Below are positions 19,872 through 30,093 of a DNA stretch of 64,000 nucleotides, one piece after another. Positions within the stretch are counted from its first letter, which is position 1. Every line of letters starts with the position of its first letter. This DNA is from an uncultured delta proteobacterium (GTDB taxonomy: Bacteria; Desulfobacterota; Desulfomonilia; UBA1062): assembly GCA_963785235.1 (NCBI GenBank), contig CAWAUM010000003.1, forward strand, positions 32,001 to 96,000, in the 5' to 3' direction. The notes beneath the pieces are model-generated. The model was not told where the DNA came from. It did not search any database and worked only from the letters and a program-made list of their open reading frames with translations. The translations under genes and the position numbers were made by a program.

Positions 19872-21479
19872 TTACTCAAGGGGCTTCGGCAGCAGCATAT
19901 TTTTCAGGAATGCAAGCTTCTTCCCTAAACCGGAGGAGGTGAAGAGCAGGCCGTAGAGCGAACGGAAGCGGGAGATCTTCTCCGGACTGTAGGGGTGCCA
20001 GACCCAGAACATGTCCCAGAATATTTTGGGTATGGGAATGGTGTCGTAATTCACATGGCAGGCAAGGCATAGGTCTTTCAGGCCTTCATCCGAATGAACC
20101 CTGCCCATACCACTTGACTTGAAACCCTGCCAGGGCGTCTCGGGAAAGGCATGGGTCAGCAGGGTCTCATTGACCATGACCGTGCCTGCCTCAAGCTGCT
20201 CGGCAATCCGTCTGCCTTTTTTCGTGTTCCTCGTAAACACATAGGCACTCAGTCCGTATATGCTGTCGTTAGAACGTCGTACGGCTTCCTTCTCGTCATC
20301 CACTTTTATGATAGGGAGCAGGGGTCCGAATGTCTCTTCGCGCAACGCCTCCATGTCTTCGGTTATGTTTGTCAGAACCGTGGGCTCGAAGTACATCTTG
20401 CCCATACCAGAACGTTTGCCCCCTGTCAGGACATGAGCGCCCTTTTTGATGGCGTCTTCGAGTTGCTCCTCAACGATATTGAGCTGTTCTTCGCTCGTCA
20501 TGGCCCCGATGTCTGCGCTGCTGTTCTTAAGTGGATCAGCCTGTCTGAGGCCCTTGGTCAGCTTTACCATTTCCCTGACAAAGGCGTCGAAGATGTCCTT
20601 GTGAGCATACACCCGTTCAACCGAGGCGCATATCTGACCGGAATTTCCGAACGCACCGAGCACTATTGATCTGGCTGCCAGTGCGATATCCGCATCCTCA
20701 CAGACGATTGCCGGGTCTTTGCCGCCGAGCTCCATGGAACAAGGGATGAGGTGTCTCCCGCAGACTGAGGCCACTACCTTCCCTATGGAAGTGGAACCGG
20801 TGAAATTGACAAAACCGATTTGAGGGGCACCTTTTTCTATGAGCCCTTCTGCCATCTTCCCGGGCCCTGAGACGACCTGAAACAGTTTGGGATCAAGGCC
20901 TGCCGCATCGAAGATCTCGCGCATCTTGTATGCGATGAGCGGTGTCAATGATGCGGGCTTCAGCAGTACGCCGTTACCGGCGATGAGGTTCATGATAGCT
21001 GCCCCTGCCGGGATAGTGAAGGGAAAGTTCCACGGGGATATGATGAAGGTCACTCCACGGGGCTTGTAGTGAATATAGCTCTTGCGGTTTTTAAAGATCC
21101 AGATGGGAATGGGCTTGGGCCCAAGTATCTTCTCAGCCCTTTTCGCAAAGTAGGCGACCATATGTACGATGGGGAGTACTTCGTGGACATAAGACTCATA
21201 CAGAGGCTTCCCGTTTTCTGAACTCAGCAACCTCGCGACTTCTCCTGAGCGTTCGTGCAGGATCTGTGCGAACCTTTTAATCGTTCTCAGGCGCTCGCTG
21301 ATGGGCGTGAGCGCCCACTTTTTCTGTGCTGCATGGACTTCATGGAGGGCTTCCAAAGCCTCATCCACGCTGTATGAGGGGACTTCCCCGATCTTCTTCC
21401 CATCCGTCGGACTGAATACCTCAAGCATTCTTCGATTTTTTATCGGCTCAACATTTTTAACAGCATGATCCGGCATCAT
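19872..21479 (-). CDS. Aldehyde dehydrogenase family protein
   Basis: SPWNFP, FTGST, ELGGKD, GQICAS and EETFGP motifs. Confidence 0.95.
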   Translation of the reverse strand: MMPDHAVKNVEPIKNRRMLEVFSPTDGKKIGEVPSYSVDEALEALHEVHAAQKKWALTPISERLRTIKRFAQILHERSGEVARLLSSENGKPLYESYVHEVLPIVHMVAYFAKRAEKILGPKPIPIWIFKNRKSYIHYKPRGVTFIISPWNFPFTIPAGAAIMNLIAGNGVLLKPASLTPLIAYKMREIFDAAGLDPKLFQVVSGPGKMAEGLIEKGAPQIGFVNFTGSTSIGKVVASVCGRHLIPCSMELGGKDPAIVCEDADIALAARSIVLGAFGNSGQICASVERVYAHKDIFDAFVREMVKLTKGLRQADPLKNSSADIGAMTSEEQLNIVEEQLEDAIKKGAHVLTGGKRSGMGKMYFEPTVLTNITEDMEALREETFGPLLPIIKVDDEKEAVRRSNDSIYGLSAYVFTRNTKKGRRIAEQLEAGTVMVNETLLTHAFPETPWQGFKSSGMGRVHSDEGLKDLCLACHVNYDTIPIPKIFWDMFWVWHPYSPEKISRFRSLYGLLFTSSGLGKKLAFLKNMLLPKPLE

Positions 21480-21491
21480 TCACCTCTCCTC

Positions 21492-21651
21492 CTAATCATT
21501 GAACAGATAGTCGTACCAGAACTTCTTTGAGCGATCGATGTTCAGGTCCACGTGGATGTGCTTGATCTGGGTGAACTCCAACAGGCCGTGGGGACTCGCC
21601 GGTCTCGGCATCTACGAACTTGCCGTCAATGAACATCTGATATTTCTCCAT
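21492..21651 (-). pseudogene. Aldehyde dehydrogenase remnant with a large internal deletion
   Basis: RBS GAGGAGG plus MEKYQMFIDGKFVDAETGE (ALDH N-terminus) joined out of frame to HGLLEFTQIKHIHVDL...WYDYLFND* (ALDH C-terminus). Confidence 0.8.
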
Positions 21652-21881
21652 AGAATCCTCCTCATCAAATTAGTCAGTTGGCAGCAGGAAATTGAAATGT
21701 TATTTATGTGATGACAAGCATAATAATACAATAACGAATGCCTTTCCATCGGGTGTTATTTGAAAATGATGTCGTGCCGGTTTGTATGGAATTGTAGCAA
21801 TTTCTATTACAGCATACTCGAATTTAAAGGGTGTCTGCTGTGAATAAGGTGAACCATTTTTAAGATCATTTCGGGGGAATT

Positions 21882-22103
21882 ATGTCTGAGAGATGGGCTG
21901 TTGCCTATGAACCTATTGGCTCCAATCAGGGCAGATTCATCTGGGTTCGTGATCAGCTTGGAAATATACTAATTTTCAGATCCCGATGGGAGGCAAAAAA
22001 GTGGGTTCTGACCTCGGCATCGCTTGATTGCAGTGACGATGATGTGGTGTTCATAAAGATCCCTTGCGTAGACCCGGCATCAGGATCTCAAGAACGCATT
22101 TGA
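21882..22103 (+). CDS. Small hypothetical protein
   Basis: GGGGGA RBS; 73 aa ORF. Confidence 0.55.
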   Translation: MSERWAVAYEPIGSNQGRFIWVRDQLGNILIFRSRWEAKKWVLTSASLDCSDDDVVFIKIPCVDPASGSQERI

Positions 22104-22264
22104 TAACTTTGAATGAGGGCAGCAAGAACAATTTCCATGGAATTCCATTGTGTAAATCTTGACATAATATTCCGATTAGGCATAAGGTTATTGTGTAAAT
22201 AAATGCATACTGCGGCAGGCATACCCTTCCCCAGCATCGCAATCCCTATATCGAGGAGTTATTG

Positions 22265-24955
22265 ATGGATGGCCCCATATTGACGTTAAATGGAAAACAG
22301 GTTGAGTTCAAACCGGCACAGACAATCCTTGAGGTTGCAACAGAAAACGGCATCAAGATTCCAACATTGTGCTATCTGAAGGGCTGCACGCCCACAGGTG
22401 CATGCCGCGTGTGCCTGGTGGAGGTCGCAGGGGCCAGGTCGCTGGTGGCCTCGTGTTCCACCCCGGCAGAGAAGGGCATGGTCATTGAAACGGATTCACA
22501 GCGGGCGAACAATGCCAGGAGGCTCAATATCGAGCTGCTTCTGTCTAGCGGCAAGCACAACTGCATCACCTGTGAGAATTCGGGTGACTGCACCCTCCAG
22601 GAGCTTGCATACCGCTACGGCATCGACACCCTGCGGTTTGAGGTTACGCCTCAGCCTTACGAGACCGAGGACATAAACCCATTCATCATCCGTGACTTCA
22701 AAAAATGCATCCTGTGCGGCCGCTGTGTCCAGGCCTGCCAGGACGTTCAGGTGAACCGGGCCATATCGTTCGGGTATAGAGGCCCCCATGCCAAGATCAT
22801 TGCCGGGAGCGATGTGCGCTACGACCAGAGTGACTGCGTGTTCTGCGGACAGTGTGTTCAAGCCTGTCCGGTGGGAGCGCTCATTGAAAAGAAATCCAAG
22901 TTTCTCGGGCGCATCTGGGATGTTGAGAAGGTACGAACCACCTGCCCTTACTGCGGCGTGGGCTGCCAGCAGCTGCTCCATGTGAAGGATGGGAAGATCG
23001 TCAAGGTAACGGCTGTGGAGGACGGGTCTCCCAACAAGGGAAGGCTCTGCGTCAAGGGCCGTTTCGGGTATGACTTCATCTACTCCGAGGATCGCCTCAA
23101 GACGCCGCTCATCAAAGAGAACGGGACGTTCAGGGAAGCGTCCTGGGACGAGGCGCTGAATCTGGTGGCAAGCAAGTTCAAGGAGATAAAGGAAAAGCAC
23201 GGGCCTGATGCCATTGCAGGTGTCAGCTGTGCCAGGAGCATCAACGAGGACTCCTACCAGATGCAGAAACTCTTCCGCGCAGCGATCGGAACCAACAACA
23301 TCGATCACTGCGCGCGAACGTGACACGCGCCAACGGTCGCCGGTCTGGCGATCGCATTCGGTTCAGGCGCAATGACCAACTCCTTCGGCGAGTTCGAAAA
23401 CGCCAAGATGTTTCTGGTCATCGGGTCCAACATGACCGAGGCGCACCCCGTAGCAGCGACCTTCCTCAAGAACGCGGTTATGAAGGGTGCGGAGCTCATC
23501 TTAGTTGATCCAAGGAAGCACGCACTGGCAGACTTCGCCACCATGCATGTGCCCATCAAAGTGGGCAGCGATATCGCCTTCCTCAACGGCCTCATGCACG
23601 TGCTCATTACCGAGAATCTCTATGACAAGGAATTTGTAGAGGCACGCTGCAAGGGGTTCGAAGAGCTCAAGGCCATGGTCATGAACTACCCGCCCGAGCG
23701 CGCCGCCGAGATAGCGGGCGTAAGCGCCGAGGTGATACGGCTGGCAGCCCGGAAGCTTGCATCGGTCAAGCCGGTCATGTGCTGCTACACCCTGGGCATC
23801 ACCGAGCATACCTGCGGAAGAAACAATGTCCTCTCTGTTGCCAACCTCCAGATGCTGCTGGGCAACCTGGGCATGGAGGGCGGCGGGGTTAATCCGCTGC
23901 GCGGCCAGAACAACGTGCAGGGCGCCTGCGACATGGGTGCACTTCCCAATGTGTTTCCTGGCTACCAGCAGGTGGCCAATGCGGAGGCCCGTGCCAAGTT
24001 CGAAAAGGCCTGGGGCGTCACCGGCCTGCCCGACAAGCCCGGCCTCATGATCCCCCAGATGATGGACGGCCTGGTGAGCGGCAAGATCAAGGCCTTATGG
24101 ATCTTCGGCGAGAATCTGGCCAATACCGAACCGGACATCGCCAAGGTCGAGCATGAGCTCGCATCCGCCGAGTTCCTTGTGTGCAGCGACATCTTCCCCA
24201 CCGAGACTACCCGTTTCGCCCACGTCGTGTTCCCGGCTGCTGCATGGAGCGAGGATGACGGCACCTTCACCAGCTCCGAGCGCCGCATCAACAGGGTGCG
24301 CAAGGTGAGTGAGGCCCCGGGAGAGGCGAAACCCAACTGGTGGATCTTCAAGGAGGTTGCAAAGAGGATGGGCCACGAATGGCAATCAAACAGCGGCCCC
24401 GAACTGTGGGACAACGAGGTATCCGTCCTGGCGCCTGCCTTCGGCGGGGTGAAGTACCGCCGCATCGAGAATGACGGCCTCCAGTGGCCGTGCCCCAACG
24501 AGGAGCACCCCGGCACAGCGGTTCTTCACCGGGGAGGCGTGTTCACGAGCGGCCAGGGCCAGCTCTCCCCTGTTGAGTGGACTCCGCCTGCCGAGGTGCC
24601 GGACAGCGAGTACCCCTTTGTGTTGTCCACAGGCCGCAGGCTCTACCACTACCATACACGCACCCAGACCGGCCGCACAGGCCTGGACTGGCTGCTAGGC
24701 GAGGAGACTGCGGACATATCACTTGAAGATGCCCGGAGCCTGAGCATCACCCATGGCGAGAAGATCCGCGTACGGTCTCGCAGGGGGCAGGTGGAGGTCA
24801 AGGCCAAGGTTACCGCCCAGATGCCCAAAGGCATGGTCTGGATGTCCTTCCACTTCAGGGAAGGGAACGCCAACTGGCTTACCAATCCGGTATTCGACCC
24901 GTTCACCCAGACCGCCGAGTACAAGGCCTGCGCGGTGGCCATCGAGAAGATCTGA
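22265..24955 (+). CDS. fdhF: Formate dehydrogenase alpha subunit 2, selenocysteine at TGA 23321-23323 (intact frame)
   Basis: ORFs 22262-23323 and 23372-24955 are in one frame across the TGA; motif [14 protein letters not shown]. Confidence 0.94.
23321..23354 (+). promoter_or_regulatory. UGA-Sec codon and SECIS hairpin
   Basis: Identical to 17371-17404. Confidence 0.85.
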
Positions 24956-24984
24956 TTCAAGACAGATAAAGTGTTCTTCATAGG

Positions 24985-25018
24985 AGCGGCCCTTCCCTTT
25001 CGGGGAGGGCCGCTTTTT
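24985..25018 (+). terminator. Rho-independent terminator of fdh2
   Basis: AGCGGCCCTTCCC-TTTC-GGGGAGGGCCGCT followed by TTTT. Confidence 0.85.
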
Positions 25019-25060
25019 AATGCCGGTGTTTAGCTGATATAAAAAGTTCTTTTTATATGG

Positions 25061-25114
25061 ACCATTCAATTCTGTCATCTCGCTCTTTTCAGCGAGATGG
25101 CAGAATTGAATGGT
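25061..25114. repeat. 24-bp inverted repeat (divergent member of the palindromic family)
   Basis: ACCATTCAATTCTGTCATCTCGCT-CTTTTC-AGCGAGATGGCAGAATTGAATGGT; one G-T pair. Confidence 0.85.
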
Positions 25115-25168
25115 TAATTTTTTTAAGGGACTTTGCACAAACTACCATATTTTCCCCCCATGGCTGTC

Positions 25169-25215
25169 CTTTTCAAATCGATCATTTCGCCATGCGAAAT
25201 GATCGATTTGAAAAG
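25169..25215. repeat. Perfect 22-bp inverted repeat (divergent member of the palindromic family)
   Basis: CTTTTCAAATCGATCATTTCGC-CAT-GCGAAATGATCGATTTGAAAAG. Confidence 0.85.
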
Positions 25216-25282
25216 ACTGATAAAAGACTTCAGTACATCCGAACGGAGAGATTATTCGATAAGGGGAAATCAGAAGTTCAAT

Positions 25283-25320
25283 AAAAAAGGGGAGCCATCT
25301 GTTCAGGAGGCTCCCCTTTT
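25283..25320 (-). terminator. Rho-independent terminator of fdnGHI (possibly bidirectional)
   Basis: AAAAAAGGGGAGCC...GGCTCCCCTTTT. Confidence 0.8.
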
Positions 25321-25341
25321 GCTTGATATTTATTTAATACT

Positions 25342-25977
25342 CTACTGATGCACGTTCTTTTTATCCCTGTCGGCCAGCCAGCGCGGGCAGTGAGTCTCGC
25401 ACCAGGCCCTGCTCACGAACCCGGTTATCATGGCTGAGACCGTGCCGGGGTTGCCGATGGTGCCGAGGTACATGTGGATCACGATGAAGGCGCCCAGGAG
25501 CACGACGGCCCCGGCATGGGACATATAGGCCAACCGCGCAATGATCGCGGGTACTACAAGAGGGTTCCACTGCCACATGATAAAGCCCGATGCCACAATG
25601 ATAATCCCGCAGAAAACGAGTATCCAGAAGAAGGCCTTCTGGCCTGCATTGTACTTGTACACCGGGGGCAGGTCCTTGACGGGCCAGAGGTATCCGCCGG
25701 CCTTGAGAACCCACTGGAGATCTGCAGGTTCGAAGTAGCAGTCCTTTCTCCATAAGAAGAAGGCATATGCAAAGGTGCCTGCGAAGATGACACCTGAATA
25801 GATGTGCATGAGCTTGGTGGCATAGAGGCCGCCCAAGAGGGTTGGGATAATGTGCCAGGCATGGTACGCAAGCCCCAGGCCGGTGATCAGGCAGAAGAGA
25901 CAGCTTGCGGCCATCAGCCAGTGCACGATCCTCTCCACCACGTCCGTTATCCGTACTACCGATGTATGAGAAGACAT
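25342..25977 (-). CDS. fdnI: Formate dehydrogenase cytochrome b (gamma) subunit
   Basis: ERIVHW, KYNAGQK and IHMY motifs; SAMITG.VS..W...H.P.W tail. Confidence 0.92.
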   Translation of the reverse strand: MSSHTSVVRITDVVERIVHWLMAASCLFCLITGLGLAYHAWHIIPTLLGGLYATKLMHIYSGVIFAGTFAYAFFLWRKDCYFEPADLQWVLKAGGYLWPVKDLPPVYKYNAGQKAFFWILVFCGIIIVASGFIMWQWNPLVVPAIIARLAYMSHAGAVVLLGAFIVIHMYLGTIGNPGTVSAMITGFVSRAWCETHCPRWLADRDKKNVHQ

Positions 25978-25978
25978 A

Positions 25979-26767
25979 TCACTCACCCCCTTCTTTTTTT
26001 TCATGGATCTCATGGGGGCCCTTGATCAGGTAGTGAAGGGCTGCCATGCCGGCCACTGCGCCAATTCCGATGAGGGTAAAGGGCTTGAACATATTCTTCC
26101 ACAGGATCACGGAGAACGGGACCGCCGGATAGGATGGAAGCTCGTCATAGACTTCGGGCTTCTCGGTCAGTACATAGACGACATGGGTGCCGCCCACGAA
26201 CTTGTCTCCGTATACGTTAGCGTCACCGCCCAGCTTTTCCACCCGGGCGTAAGCCTTCTTGATCATGGCATCCTTTTCGCCGATGGTGAGAGCACCGGTT
26301 GGACACGAGAGAACGCACGAGGGTTTCTGGCCTGCCTGGAGCCTGGTGTAGCACAGGTCGCACTTAAAGACCTTTTCATCAGTCTCGTTATACCGCGGTA
26401 TGTCGAAGGGGCAGGCCGCTACGCATGCCTTGCAGCCGATGCAGGTTTCCCTGTTGAGGCCCACGGTGCCGAATTCCGTATAGTACAGCGCACCGGAAGG
26501 GCATGATTTCACGCATGCCGCATTCGTGCAGTGCATGCACCCGTCCTTGCGGAAGAGCCACTTGAAGTCTCCCTTTGCAGTTACGTGCTCCTGGAAGCGG
26601 ATCAGGGTCCAGGTGTTCCACTGGAGGTCCGGCGGGTTCTGGTAGCTGCCGAAGTTCCTGGTCCGCAAGCCGGGCATCTCGTTCCACTGCTTGCACGCCA
26701 CCTGGCAGCCTCTGCAGGCGGTGCACCTTGATACATCGATGAGTTTTACGTATTCCTGGTTTTTCAT
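25979..26767 (-). CDS. fdnH: Formate dehydrogenase iron-sulfur (beta) subunit
   Basis: Four Cys clusters (CTACRGCQVAC, CMHC...C...CP, CIGCKAC...CP, CDLC...C...CP); C-terminal TM helix. Confidence 0.94.
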   Translation of the reverse strand: MKNQEYVKLIDVSRCTACRGCQVACKQWNEMPGLRTRNFGSYQNPPDLQWNTWTLIRFQEHVTAKGDFKWLFRKDGCMHCTNAACVKSCPSGALYYTEFGTVGLNRETCIGCKACVAACPFDIPRYNETDEKVFKCDLCYTRLQAGQKPSCVLSCPTGALTIGEKDAMIKKAYARVEKLGGDANVYGDKFVGGTHVVYVLTEKPEVYDELPSYPAVPFSVILWKNMFKPFTLIGIGAVAGMAALHYLIKGPHEIHEKKEGGE

Positions 26768-26770
26768 CTC

Positions 26771-29700
26771 TTACACCCCCTGTGCCTTGGCCACATTGAC
26801 CATGAACGCCTTGTATTCGGGACAGAAGGTGTTGGCATCGCCCACACTCGGCGTGAGGAAGTTCGTAGAGTCACTCCCGTCTTCCGGATAGAGCCATCCG
26901 TAATTGAACGGCAGGCCTACCTGGTGGATGATACGGCCCTCCACCTTGAAGGGGACGAAGCGCTTGGTCACCATGGCCCGGCACTTCACCTTCCCTCTTG
27001 CCGATGAGACATGCACCCAGTCGGCATTGCCGATGCCAATCTTTTTCGCGAGCTCTTCGCCGATCTCCACATAGAGCTCGGGCTGCATCTCCAGGAGCCA
27101 TGCCTGCCAGCGGGTGAGCGCGCCTGAGCACCAGTGCTCGGTGCAGGAGTAGGTGGTGCACACATAGGGGAACTCTTCGCTCGCATTGGCCACCTTGTCC
27201 AGATCGCTCTTGAAGATCTTGATGGCCGGGTTGATGAGCTGGCTTGAGAACGGGTTCTTTGCAGAGCGGGCCTTCCAGCGGCTCATAGTGCTCAGGGAAT
27301 GGTCCTTCCACCATGCCGGGGCCGAAGAGGGATCCGACACCGTCGGTCTTCATGATGAAGGGATACTTGCCCTTCTCCTTGTCAGCCTGTGGCGGCCACG
27401 GGCCGTCGGGTACATCTCCCACCCACTTTTCGCCTGTCCAGGCAAGCAGTTTGCGCTTTGGATTGTAAGGCTTGCCGTTGATATCGCATGAAGCGCGGTT
27501 GTAAATGATGCGGCGGTTCACCGGCCATGCATATGACCAGTTGGGATACAGACCCAATCCTGTGGGGTCTTCCTTGCCGCGGTTGGCCATCTTGTTCAAG
27601 CCTTTTTCATCGAAGCTGCCGGCCATAACCCAGTTGCCGGACGAGGTGGTGCCGTCGTCCTTGAGCATGCCGAAGCTGGGCACCAGCTCGCCCTTCTTGA
27701 AGTCTTTTTTCGCACCCGTAAGCTTATCCTCATAGGTGCTGTCTGCCAGCCAGTAGCCGTTGATCTGCTTGGACACCTTGAGCGCATCGTAGTTGCCCTT
27801 GGGGTCCTTGTAGTCCCACTTGAGGTTCAGGATGGACTTCGGCATTGGGGCCGCCTTCCTTTGCATAGAGGGCCTTGATGGTATCCATTATCCTGATCTG
27901 GATGTCGCCTATTGCAATGGCGTCCTCGGGCGGGTTTGTCGCCTTGTATTTCCACTGGACCCACCTGCCGCTGTTGCTCTGGCTGCCTTCCTTTTCCATG
28001 GTGGCTGCTGCGGGCAGGAGGAAGACCTCGGTCTTGTTCTGCTTGGGGTCAACGCCCGGCCCGAACCAGAAGGAAGCAGTCTCATTGTCGAAGATGTTGG
28101 CACACACGAGGAAGTCCAGCTTCTCCAGAGCCTTGCGGACCTTGTTGGTGTTCGGCGAGCTCACTGCAGGGTCGGTGCCATAGGCAAAGAGACCCTTTAT
28201 CTTGCCTGCATACATCTCGTCGAAGAGGTGCATGAGGGAATAGTGCTTGCCGTCATCCAGCTTGGGCAGCCAGTTGTAGCCGAAGTCGTTCTCCGGGGTT
28301 GCCGCATCACCGTACATGGCCTTGAGCAAACTCACAAAGAATTTGGGATAGTTCTGATAGTAGTTCGCCGACTGAGGGTCATTGCACTTGGGCGTATATT
28401 TTTCCAGGTAGTGCTTCAGGTTCTCGAGAGGACCCGACGGCATCTTCAGGTAACCGGGCAGGATGTCGTACAGGATGCGTGGTCGGTTGAGCCCTGCACG
28501 TTGGGCTCGCCTCTGAGCGCGTTCACGCCGCCCCGGCAGATGCCCATGTTGCCTAAGAGGAGCTGGATCATGGACATGGTGCGGATGATCTGGCTTCCCG
28601 TGGTGTGGTGGGTCCAGCCGAGTGCGTAGCATTCCGTCCCCGCCTTATCCGGGGCGCCTGTTGCGCTGTATTCCGCGTACACTTTGGTGAGGTTTTCCTT
28701 GGAAACACCGGTGACGCTTGAGACCTTATCCAGGGTATAGCGTGAATAGTGCTGCTTCATGACCTGGAATACGCAACGGGGATCCTGCAGGGTCGGGTCC
28801 TTTTTCGGTATCCCGGCTGCATCCATCTCGAAGACCCAGGTAGTCCTTGTCGTACTTGCGCTTTTCCGGCGTCATATCCGGAGAACAGGCCGTCATTGAA
28901 CTGGTAATCCGGACCCACGATGAAGGACGCATTGGTGTAGTTGATCACATAGTCGTGGAAATACTTGTCGTTATCGATGATATACTTGATCATGCCCCCT
29001 AGGAAGGCGATGTCCGTGCCGGAGCGTAAGGGGACGTGATAATCGCAGCGGGCCGAAGTGCGGGTGTAGCGGGGGTCAACGTGTATGATCTTTGCCCCGT
29101 TCTGTTCCTTTGCCCTCAGGATCCATTTGAACGCGATGGGGTGGTGCTCTGCCGCGTTGCTGCCCATGATAAGGATAACATCACTGTTTTTCAGATCGAT
29201 GTAGTGGTTCGTCATGGAACCCCTACCAAACGACTCTCCCAGAGCCGCTACGGATGGACTGTGTCAGACCCGTGCCTGGTGATCGATATACACCAGGCCC
29301 ATTGCCCTTACAGACATGCTGATCAGCCAGCATTCTTCGTTGTCGATATTGGAGCTGCCGAGGTGGGCGACGGTCTCGGTCCTGTTCACGAGCTCGCCCT
29401 TGTCGTTTGTAGTTACAAAATTCTTGTCGCGGGCGTCTTTGGTGAGGCGTGCGATGCGGTTCAATGCCCAGTCCCAGTCCTTCTCTTCCCACTTGTCGCT
29501 GTATGGCGCCCGGTACTGAACCTTCTTGAGGCGGTGCTTGTTCGCCTCGGTGAGGTCGAAGAAGCCGGCGCCCTTGGCGCAGAGGGAACCCTCGTTGATG
29601 GGGTGTTCGGGATCACCCTCGATGTTGAAGATCTTGCCCGTGACCGTGTCCACGCTGCTGATGAGGCCGCACCCCACAGAGCAGTAGCAGCAGATCGTGG

Positions 29701-29843
29701 TGATACTGCTTGGCCATCTTCACGCGGTTCATCTTGTTGAGCTCTGAGGCATACGCCTTTACCGGCCTGAAGTTAAGGCCCAGGGCGGACGTAGCCCCGA
29801 TGGTGCCGGTGAGCTTGAGAAAGCCCCTTCGAGTGATATCCAT
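26771..29843 (-). CDS. fdnG: Periplasmic (Tat) formate dehydrogenase alpha subunit, selenocysteine at TGA 29266-29264; about six single-base indels
   Basis: TRRGFLK Tat motif, C.YCSVGCG, DHQARV-U-HSPSV, ALRGEPNVQGSTD and PEYKAFMVN motifs; fragments tile across frames with breaks near 29705, 28866, 28845, 28476, 27845 and 27265. Confidence 0.9.
29229..29266 (-). promoter_or_regulatory. UGA-Sec codon and SECIS hairpin of fdnG
   Basis: TGA followed by hairpin AGCGGCTCT-GGG-AGAGTCGTT. Confidence 0.8.
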
Positions 29844-29870
29844 CCAACTCCTCCTTCGGTAACTATGCGA

Positions 29871-29890
29871 ATTGGTATATATATACCGAT
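29871..29890. promoter_or_regulatory. Palindromic putative operator upstream of fdnG
   Basis: ATTGGTATATATATACCGAT, a 20-bp palindrome with one mismatched pair, about 30 bp before the start codon. Confidence 0.5.
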
Positions 29891-30093
29891 GGGCATATTA
29901 AGATTATTTCTTTCGATGCGTCAATGGGAATTTCACCTAAGACAGCGAATTGATTAAAAGTGTGTTAATGTTAACATAATTAAAAAGGGGACTATATTAA
30001 GGGGTCACAGCATGCCCTTGCATTGCCCCCGGCCTATCCAGGTGGGGAACCAAGGAGCACGCTTATGATTTTAAAAAATTCCGATCGACTGTT

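Noticed and set aside
16204-24981. Long antisense ORFs over the fdh genes, and similar ones over the etf, acd, tup and purN genes
   Set aside because: Shadow ORFs of GC-rich coding strands with no motifs or RBS
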